DNA from: a virus
Taxonomy: Duplodnaviria; Caudoviricetes
Strand: one strand, 5' to 3'
DNA: 64,000 nt
IMG/VR virus record: IMGVR_UViG_3300033074_001257
Span: 21,405-85,404 of that record
The notes beneath the pieces are model-generated. The model saw only the letters and a program-made list of their open reading frames with translations, was not told where the DNA came from and did no database searches. Position numbers and translations under genes: made by a program. Below, in pieces: positions 1 through 7,118 of this stretch (positions are counted from its first letter, which is position 1; every line of letters starts with the position of its first letter).

Positions 1-2
1 TT

Positions 3-56
3 TCAATCATCGAGTTTCTGAATGAGGTTGATGGGTTGTTGAGTGAGAAGAAGTGA
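3..56 (+). CDS. 3' end of a gene running in from upstream (SIIEFLNEVDGLLSEKK*); possibly the IntN tail of the missing N-terminal terminase fragment
   Basis: Open frame 3..53 ending TGA at 54-56, followed by a terminator-like hairpin. Only 17 codons are visible, so identity is speculative. Confidence 0.3.
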   Translation, partial: SIIEFLNEVDGLLSEKK

Positions 57-64
57 CGCAAACG

Positions 65-88
65 AGCCGCTACCACAGCGGCTTTTTT
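65..88 (+). terminator. Rho-independent terminator-like hairpin
   Basis: AGCCGC-taccaca-GCGGCT followed by a T-tract. Confidence 0.7.
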
Positions 89-126
89 GTGGCTGTAAAA
101 TATGAGAAAGCGCCAAGGTAGATCTC

Positions 127-474
127 ATGTACGTCAAGAACGACCGATACCTCATTGAGACTGATGATGGGTATTGTCACTTTCGCGGAATGAAAAAAGA
201 CACCGCCCATCAAACGATTGACATTGCTTACACGGTGGGCGACGTGGTGGGCAGCATTGAATCAACTTGCGACCATAAGCACTACATCACAAAGACCGAC
301 AGCATCCCCGCCGATCGCGTGGCTGTAGGCGATGTTTTGTACGGCGGTGCAAACACCCAAGGCGAAGTCAAAGTAACCGCTGTCGCGCTAAAAAGCGGCC
401 TCGTCGACGTGTTTGACGTGGTTGACGTGTTCCCACGCCGATCGTTCATGGCCAACGGAATCAAGACATCAAAT
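127..474 (+). other. Split intein C-fragment IntC2 (116 aa)
   Basis: Hint-like motifs: block B TCDH, V.VGD.L, block F DVFDVVDV, terminal ANGIKTSN followed by Cys as +1 extein residue. No N-terminal Cys1 block A. Confidence 0.85.
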
Positions 475-1581
475 TGTGTCTACTTGGACGAATTTGCTTT
501 CGTTGAGAACGCGGACGAATTTTACGCTAGCACTTACCCGACAATCTCAAGTTCTGACAAGACAAAACTAATCATCACGAGCACACCCAACGGCTTGAAT
601 CTGTTCTACAAGATCTTCAGTGAAGCTACCCGCGGACTGAATGCGTTCAAACCCTACCACATCAAGTGGCAAGAGCACCCGCGGCGCGATCCTGCAATCA
701 ACCCCCAGTGGGAGATTGACACTCGCGCAAACATCGGCGCACAGCGATTTCGTGTTGAGTATGACTGTGAGTTCCTGGGCAGCTCAAGGACACTGATAAG
801 CGGTGAAGCACTGGCTAAGCTCACAGCCCAAAACCCGACCCGCACTGAGGGCGACGTCTACAGTGAGTTTGAAGCCCCACAAGAAGGTCGACGGTATGTT
901 CTGATCGTGGATTCAAGCAACGGAGTGGGCTTAGACTACACGGTTTGCAACGTCATCGACATCACCGAAACACCTTACAAGCAAGTGGCAATCTTCCGCG
1001 ATGACAAAACCCCACCACAAGCGGCTGCCATCACGGTGGACCGTTTGTCGCGTCGCTACAATGAAGCACTGGTTGTGGTTGAGAACAATCACGCAAGCGG
1101 AGCACTGATCTTAGACACGCTGTGGTTCACATTCGAGAATGAGAACATCCTGTTCACGAACGTCAACCGCGGCGAGGCAGTTCTTGATGGGCAAGCACGA
1201 AAACAGCAGATGGGTGTCACCACCACTACCAAAACGAAGAGCAAAGGCTGCTCGCGCCTAAAAGATCTCATTGAACACAATTTGCTGTTAATCAACGACA
1301 CGAACACCATTGACGAGCTGATGACCTTTTCACTTGTGAACGGTCGTTATCAAGCTGAGCGCGGCAAGCACGACGACACGTCCATGACACTGGTTCTGTT
1401 CGCTTGGCTCACGGGCGAGGACTACTTTGTCGATCTATATGGGGTGGACGTAAATAAGATTGTTCTTAAAGATTTGAGTGAAGTGAATTTTTTTGGATTC
1501 GTCGATGACTACACAGGACGGTCGGTGAACACGTCTTACTTGCTGCCCGCCTTAAGTAATCGAACTGACTTGATTAAGTAA
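127..1581 (+). CDS. terL: Terminase large subunit, C-terminal fragment (Walker B + nuclease), preceded by a split-intein C-half
   Basis: After aa116: CVYLDEFAF (Walker B), IITSTPNG, EYDCEFLGS, VLIVD..G.G.DY, VVENN, HDD, all typical of T4 gp17-like proteins. No Walker A in this ORF. Confidence 0.92.
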   Translation: MYVKNDRYLIETDDGYCHFRGMKKDTAHQTIDIAYTVGDVVGSIESTCDHKHYITKTDSIPADRVAVGDVLYGGANTQGEVKVTAVALKSGLVDVFDVVDVFPRRSFMANGIKTSNCVYLDEFAFVENADEFYASTYPTISSSDKTKLIITSTPNGLNLFYKIFSEATRGLNAFKPYHIKWQEHPRRDPAINPQWEIDTRANIGAQRFRVEYDCEFLGSSRTLISGEALAKLTAQNPTRTEGDVYSEFEAPQEGRRYVLIVDSSNGVGLDYTVCNVIDITETPYKQVAIFRDDKTPPQAAAITVDRLSRRYNEALVVVENNHASGALILDTLWFTFENENILFTNVNRGEAVLDGQARKQQMGVTTTTKTKSKGCSRLKDLIEHNLLLINDTNTIDELMTFSLVNGRYQAERGKHDDTSMTLVLFAWLTGEDYFVDLYGVDVNKIVLKDLSEVNFFGFVDDYTGRSVNTSYLLPALSNRTDLIK

Positions 1582-1616
1582 TTTGCGAAAACAACCCAAC
1601 GTGAGGGAGAATAAAA

Positions 1617-3353
1617 ATGGCTTTTGGCGTACTGACACAAGAAAAGGACTACCAAAGTTCCGTGGCGAGTCCTGAGGGCAGTGCCGGCGGTATCGCGGGA
1701 ACTTTCACTTGGGGACCGATCGGCGTGCCCCGACTGATTTCATCTGTGAGTGAGCTTGAAAAATCCTTTGGCAAGCCCACCGACGCAAACTTCGCCGATT
1801 GGTTTAGCGCAAGCGACTTCCTGGCATCGTCGAATGCCCTGTACGTGGTTCGCGTATTGCACAGCGGCAGCAACGACGCGAACGCAACTTCAACGGGTGA
1901 CTATGACGCTGAGCGCATGATCCGCAGCGACACCCACTTCAACGTCCTGCAAGCAACCGATGCACTTGACCAGGAGTTCTATGCACGTTACCCAGGTGAG
2001 CTGGGCAACAGTCTGCTGGTTAGCATCGCCGACCAAAGCAACTTCAGCACCTGGGCTTACCGGAACCTGTTTGACCGCGCGCCAAGCTCAACCAACTACG
2101 CGAAGCAAGTGTTCACTAACGCTGGCTCAACCGAAACCCCAAACGACGAGCTGTGCATCGTGGTGGTTGATGCCCTGGGTGAAATCACCGGCGCACCGGG
2201 TACGGTACTTGAAACATTCGCAAACCTCTCAAAATGCCTCGACGCCAAGAGCGACCTGGGCGTCAACAACTATTACGTCTCCACGCTGAACGCTCGCTCG
2301 TCTTACATCTATGCCGGCGTTCCGCTGGGCGGCACCCTGGTGTCGAACACAAACGGCGACAAAGCCGCGTGGGGCACAGCAGCCAAGGCCGGTGTTTCTT
2401 TCGCGCCCATCAACGCCCAGTACACAGTCACCCTGTCGGGCGGCGTTACCGATTCGATCGGCACCGCAAGCGATTATGCTGACGCTTACACTATTCTGTG
2501 TGGGCTTGAGGACAATCGCCTGAACATCATCATCGCCGGCGCTTGTGGTTCCGATGCGCACCGACTGACTGTTCTGCAAGCAATTGAAGCGGGCTGTCTG
2601 AAAAGCGAGAAGCGCGTGGCGTTCTGCTCACCGAAGATCAGTGACTTCCTGCACACCACGCCCGCTGAAATTGAACAAGCCATTCTGGACACTTGGACCG
2701 CGACCACCACCAAAACAAACGTCATGTCGATGGACAACAACGCGAAACTGGTCTATGACAAGTACAACAGCGTATACCGCATTATCCCGTGCAACGCTTC
2801 TGTCGCAGGCGCATGGGCGCGAACTCACGCCAACTACGGCCCGTGGAAATCCGCTGCCGGTTATGTTCGCGGTAACCTGACGAACGTGGTCAAGCTCATG
2901 TACTCGCCTGACCGCCTCGCCATGGAAACCTTCCAGAAGAAAGGCATCAACAACATCATCACCGATGATGGCGCAGTGTACCTGATGGGCGACAAGACGC
3001 TGCAACAGCGTGAAAGTCCCTTCACCTACCTGGGCGCTCGCTTCTTGACCATCTCAATCAAGAACCTGACTCGCGACTCAGCCAAATATACCCTGTTTGA
3101 ATCAAACGACCAGCGCACCCGAAACAACTTCGTGAGCGGCGTCACTCCGCTGCTTGAAAACATTCAAACCCAGGGCGGCTTGCAAGCGTTTCGCGTAGTG
3201 TGTGACGGATCAAACAACGACGCTTACACAGTCTCAACCGGCGGCTTCGTGTGTGACATCGCATTCAAGCCCTACCAGTCCATTCAATGGATCATGCTGA
3301 AATACAGCGTCTTGGGTGCCAACGAGTCATTCGACGAAGTCCTGGGTAACTAA
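1617..3353 (+). CDS. Tail sheath protein (T4 gp18-like)
   Basis: GTFTWGP, FGKP, ARYPGELGN.L.V, PWKSAAG..RG, C-terminal F..N...TR..F and I.FKP motifs; RBS GAGGGAG upstream. Confidence 0.93.
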   Translation: MAFGVLTQEKDYQSSVASPEGSAGGIAGTFTWGPIGVPRLISSVSELEKSFGKPTDANFADWFSASDFLASSNALYVVRVLHSGSNDANATSTGDYDAERMIRSDTHFNVLQATDALDQEFYARYPGELGNSLLVSIADQSNFSTWAYRNLFDRAPSSTNYAKQVFTNAGSTETPNDELCIVVVDALGEITGAPGTVLETFANLSKCLDAKSDLGVNNYYVSTLNARSSYIYAGVPLGGTLVSNTNGDKAAWGTAAKAGVSFAPINAQYTVTLSGGVTDSIGTASDYADAYTILCGLEDNRLNIIIAGACGSDAHRLTVLQAIEAGCLKSEKRVAFCSPKISDFLHTTPAEIEQAILDTWTATTTKTNVMSMDNNAKLVYDKYNSVYRIIPCNASVAGAWARTHANYGPWKSAAGYVRGNLTNVVKLMYSPDRLAMETFQKKGINNIITDDGAVYLMGDKTLQQRESPFTYLGARFLTISIKNLTRDSAKYTLFESNDQRTRNNFVSGVTPLLENIQTQGGLQAFRVVCDGSNNDAYTVSTGGFVCDIAFKPYQSIQWIMLKYSVLGANESFDEVLGN

Positions 3354-3372
3354 CAAAAAAGGAGGGCACTAA

Positions 3373-4011
3373 ATGTCCAACAATGCTGACGTAGGTAAAT
3401 TCTTGAACCAGCTTTCAGGTGGAGGATTTCGCCCAAACCGCTATGAGGTGAATTTCACCTTTCCAAAGGCGATTGACGAAATCACCAAGTACACTCCAAA
3501 TGAGCAGATTTATCCTGAAGGCGCCGACGCCACCCGAGCCAAGGCCAACAACATCACGAACCTGCAAGCCATCAAAGACCACGTCTCTTTCATGGCCAAG
3601 GGCACTAAAATTCCATCGATGCAAATCGGTGAGATTGAACTGCCGTACAAAGGTCGCAAGCTGAAAGTGAACGGCGACGTGACTCTGGATGATTGGGAAG
3701 TTACGCTGATCATGGATTCAAACGGCAAGTCACGCGGCTTGTTTGAATTCTGGATGGAAGCGATGCTGGGTGTTTACACAAACACGACTTCTCGTTCGCT
3801 CATGAACCCCGCGAACTACATGGGCACTGCCACAGTTCGGGCACTCGGTCGTGATGATGAGCTTGAAGCCATCTATGTCCTGTCAGACATCTATCCGAAA
3901 AACGTCGGTGAAATTGCCCTGGCGTGGGACAGCAACGATCAGGTCGCTGAAGTGAACGTGACTTTCGCAGTCAACAACGTCCGCAGCCGCTACACTAAGC
4001 CGCTGGCCTAA
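3373..4011 (+). CDS. Tail tube protein (T4 gp19-like)
   Basis: GGFRPNRYEV, PY.GR.LKV.GD...DDW.VT, YP..VGEI.L.WD.ND; follows the sheath gene. Confidence 0.9.
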   Translation: MSNNADVGKFLNQLSGGGFRPNRYEVNFTFPKAIDEITKYTPNEQIYPEGADATRAKANNITNLQAIKDHVSFMAKGTKIPSMQIGEIELPYKGRKLKVNGDVTLDDWEVTLIMDSNGKSRGLFEFWMEAMLGVYTNTTSRSLMNPANYMGTATVRALGRDDELEAIYVLSDIYPKNVGEIALAWDSNDQVAEVNVTFAVNNVRSRYTKPLA

Positions 4012-4031
4012 TCGCGGGTTAAGTAACAAAC

Positions 4032-4056
4032 AAGCCTCGCAACAGCGGGGCTTTTT
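4032..4056 (+). terminator. Terminator-like hairpin after the tube gene
   Basis: AAGCCTCGC-aaca-GCGGGGCTT followed by T's. Confidence 0.65.
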
Positions 4057-4071
4057 GTTGGGAGTCTATTC

Positions 4072-4410
4072 GTGCGCAAGTTTACAGAAATGCAGATCGT
4101 TGACGATTACGAGGTTTTGACCGATAAAGGTTTCGTTGACGTGCAAGCTATCATGACAACTGTCCCCTATATCGTTCACGTGCTGGTGACAGACGCCGGT
4201 CACTTTTTGTACGCAGCAGACGATCACTTGTTGATTGACGCAAACGGCGACACTGTAGCAGTCAAAGACGCCTTGAACAAAACGATCAAGGTGAACGGCG
4301 GCACCGCAACTGTCACACATGTAATTGAGACTGCCGAACGTGTGCCCATGTACGATTTGCAGATCGCTGCACCGCACACGTTCTACACGAACGAAATCTT
4401 GAGCCACAAC
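4072..4410 (+). other. Split intein C-fragment IntC1 (113 aa)
   Basis: YEVLTDKGF, block B ADDH, block F PMYDL, terminal FYTNEILSHN followed by Thr as +1 residue. Confidence 0.88.
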
Positions 4411-4821
4411 ACTACCACAGTGGCGGGCTACCTGCTTCACTTGGCCATGTTCAATGAAGACTATTCCATCGCCATCCTAGCCAACAAGAAGTCGCAAGCA
4501 ACCGAAGTCCTAGATCGCATCAAGACGATTTATGAATGCCTGCCCTGGTGGCTGCAAATTGGCGTTCGCCGATGGAACGTGGGGGACATTTTGCTGGACG
4601 GGGGTAAGAAGGGTTCGAAGATCTCAACCTCAGCAACCAAGGGCGGCGGCATTCGGGGTAAGTCGGTCAACTGCTTGACTGGAACCGCGAGAGTGCGCGT
4701 ATACGACACGTTCACCGGCGTGGTGGAGGACTTGTGCCTGAGTGACCTGTACAACCGCCTTAGAGCGCACGAGATTGCCAGCAATCGCCCTTCACAGGAC
4801 ACAACCCAGGCGATAAAATGA
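4072..4821 (+). CDS. terL: Terminase large subunit, middle fragment: IntC1 - ATPase extein (87 aa) - IntN2
   Basis: aa114-200 (TTTVAGYLLH..AILANK..QA.EVL.RIK..YE.LP.WLQ.G...WN.G.I..RGKSVN) match the T4 gp17 region between Walker A and Walker B. Flanked by intein halves. GTG start preceded by GGGAG. Confidence 0.9.
   Translation: MRKFTEMQIVDDYEVLTDKGFVDVQAIMTTVPYIVHVLVTDAGHFLYAADDHLLIDANGDTVAVKDALNKTIKVNGGTATVTHVIETAERVPMYDLQIAAPHTFYTNEILSHNTTTVAGYLLHLAMFNEDYSIAILANKKSQATEVLDRIKTIYECLPWWLQIGVRRWNVGDILLDGGKKGSKISTSATKGGGIRGKSVNCLTGTARVRVYDTFTGVVEDLCLSDLYNRLRAHEIASNRPSQDTTQAIK
4672..4821 (+). other. Split intein N-fragment IntN2 (about 30-aa core plus 19-aa tail)
   Basis: CLTGTARVRVYDTFTGVVEDLCLSDLYNRL is a block A motif starting with Cys1, followed shortly by a stop codon. 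Confidence 0.85.
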
Positions 4822-7109
4822 AGAACATCCAAGACACGTTGGTTGAGATGGGTCCATCGGCGCTGTTTCTGTTTGATGCGGTGAATATGATCGTCGAACC
4901 TGACAGTGAAACGCCCGCGGTGCTGTTCTTTGACTTGAACGACAGTAGCAAGTATCTGGCAGGCCACTTCATCCAGCATCAAGGATTGGCGGACGTGCCC
5001 ACCCTGCTCGGTGCCACTGCCCAAAACAATTCACTGTGTCGACCGTCGCTCGTCGTGGGTTCAGAGATCAGCAACAACGTCATCTACAAACGGTGGTACG
5101 AATACACAGCAGCAAGCAAGCAAAAACTTTTCATGAACTTTGCGGTGACGGGTTCATCAAACGCGAAAGCCATTCGCTTGAACAACAAGGGCAGGGTGAT
5201 TGAAAACAACAACCCCTTCGACGTGGTCGCGGGCGGTAAGATTGTCCTGAAGTACCAGAGTGGTCAATCAACGTACAACTTTCTGGCTAAGAAAGAATCG
5301 ACCGTGTACGACGACGTCGTGACAATAGAGTGTGAGTATGACGCGGGCGGCTATTACACAGGCAGCCCCCCAAACTACGTTGAGGTCATGTCGTTCAGAT
5401 CTGCGAATTCGGTGCTTGTGATGCCCGATGGCACAGCCACTTTTCACGTCACGATACCTGAGAGCGGCACTTACCGCGTTTTCATCGAAGGGCTTGACTT
5501 CACTTCCCAGCACACAGTCATGAACTTTGATCCGCAAATCAAGCACCCACGAGTGTTCACGGTGACGCTAAATGAGGACGGGTCGTTCACGCACAGCGCA
5601 AGCGACCCAAAGGTAAGTGTCGCGAAAGTGTCCAGTACCCTTTTTGAAGTCACAGTGAGCGACCTCACATGTACCTACATCAGATACCACTGCGACGACG
5701 ACTTCTACACAATCGAAAACATCTACACGATAGACAGCAACGGCGTTAAAAGAACACTCGGGTGCAACGAAAACAGGCTTGTCGTGAAGGGCGACTATTT
5801 TTATGTTGAATTGGCACTAAAAACGCCCATCACCTTATCTGATGTCAAGCTAGAGGACACGGTCGGCAGCACTCAATTTGACGTGTTCGGCACCCTCGTC
5901 ACGCTAACCGAACAAGGCAGCAACTGGGTGTCACTCAAGTGCGGTAACCTGACGCTGCCTGTCGCGTGTGACGTGGGCCATTCGCTGTACCTTGCAAACA
6001 ATGAACTTTGGCTTGACGGCGTCGCTTACCCATACATACCAGACACAGGCTTCGTGTCGAACACACTCACGCTCGGTCGGCGACAAAAGACGTGGTTTGG
6101 TGAAAATCATGATACCCTGCTCGTCAGAATCAACAACCTGTCTTTGTTTGACCGTGACCTCACGCCCAGTGAAAAGTACATGCTTCTTGTGAGGAGCTGG
6201 TCGTTTGAATCGTTCATGGCCCTGAGCGGCGCGTATAACCGGGTACACTTTGGCAACAGCAAGTCGCGCGTGGTCAACTGTGATCACGGGAGCTTTGTGA
6301 TTGACTACAAAGCCATGCCGCAGATTGTGAAGTTCAGCAACTACTTGAAGCACGGTCGGCAGTTTATCGGGCGCGGCGGCGTCCACCTCGTGAGCGCGTC
6401 TGACGGCAGCACGGGTGCCTCACCCATCGGATACAACTTCACAGACTTCGGCGGCGACGCGACGCTGTTCATCGTCTTTTCGTATGCGCGGGGCGACAAC
6501 TTCATAATCTACAGCGACATGAATCGCTCACAGCCGTTTAACGGCCTTGCCATCGGACTGTACGGCGGTCAATTGAGGCTGTGGCAGAACAACAACATCA
6601 ACGACACGGGCATCACACTCACACCGGGCGTGGCGTCTGTTCTGACTTTGCGAAAGAAAGACAACTTGCTCACCGTCACAGTGTACCACGAAACATCAGG
6701 TGAGGTGTTTAGCAAGCGCACCGCGACAATCGACGTCGTCACACCCATCAACATGAACGGCGTCCTGTCAACGCACTTGCTGTCCACCACACACGAAATT
6801 GATGACGTCGATGTGACACTCAGCGCCCTGTACAGTTTCAACCGAGCCTTAGATCCACTGCTGCTGGACATCCTGTGCATGAACCCAACCTTGTTTGCAG
6901 TGCAGGGCTTGTTACTTGAAAACAATCAGCCGCAAAGCGGCAACGTGTTTTTCTTCGACCACAATTCAGGTGAGTACCTAGGGCGGGTGAGATCAGACAG
7001 CACGGGACATTTCACATATCGCGAAGACGTTGAGCGCGACTTAAATATCACCGTGAGCCTTGAGTCTGGCGCACAAATTACCGCCCCGGTACGGAGTGTC
7101 ATCGTCTAA
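4818..7109 (+). CDS. Putative virion/tail-associated protein with LamG/ConA-like segments
   Basis: 763 aa, beta-rich. NLSLFDRDLTPSE and LYSFNRALD resemble LamG C-terminal motifs. Start overlaps the upstream stop (ATGA). Confidence 0.5.
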   Translation: MKNIQDTLVEMGPSALFLFDAVNMIVEPDSETPAVLFFDLNDSSKYLAGHFIQHQGLADVPTLLGATAQNNSLCRPSLVVGSEISNNVIYKRWYEYTAASKQKLFMNFAVTGSSNAKAIRLNNKGRVIENNNPFDVVAGGKIVLKYQSGQSTYNFLAKKESTVYDDVVTIECEYDAGGYYTGSPPNYVEVMSFRSANSVLVMPDGTATFHVTIPESGTYRVFIEGLDFTSQHTVMNFDPQIKHPRVFTVTLNEDGSFTHSASDPKVSVAKVSSTLFEVTVSDLTCTYIRYHCDDDFYTIENIYTIDSNGVKRTLGCNENRLVVKGDYFYVELALKTPITLSDVKLEDTVGSTQFDVFGTLVTLTEQGSNWVSLKCGNLTLPVACDVGHSLYLANNELWLDGVAYPYIPDTGFVSNTLTLGRRQKTWFGENHDTLLVRINNLSLFDRDLTPSEKYMLLVRSWSFESFMALSGAYNRVHFGNSKSRVVNCDHGSFVIDYKAMPQIVKFSNYLKHGRQFIGRGGVHLVSASDGSTGASPIGYNFTDFGGDATLFIVFSYARGDNFIIYSDMNRSQPFNGLAIGLYGGQLRLWQNNNINDTGITLTPGVASVLTLRKKDNLLTVTVYHETSGEVFSKRTATIDVVTPINMNGVLSTHLLSTTHEIDDVDVTLSALYSFNRALDPLLLDILCMNPTLFAVQGLLLENNQPQSGNVFFFDHNSGEYLGRVRSDSTGHFTYREDVERDLNITVSLESGAQITAPVRSVIV

Positions 7110-7118
7110 ATCAAACAG

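Noticed and set aside
754-783. Third intein at the EYD|CEFLG site
   Set aside because: The sequence is continuous (VEYDCEFLGS); no intein is present there.
127-4821. terL pieces as pseudogene debris or group I intron-interrupted exons
   Set aside because: Each piece is an intact ORF with its own start and with intein motifs exactly at the junctions; order is inverted, so cis-splicing cannot join them. A misassembly cannot be fully excluded without reads.
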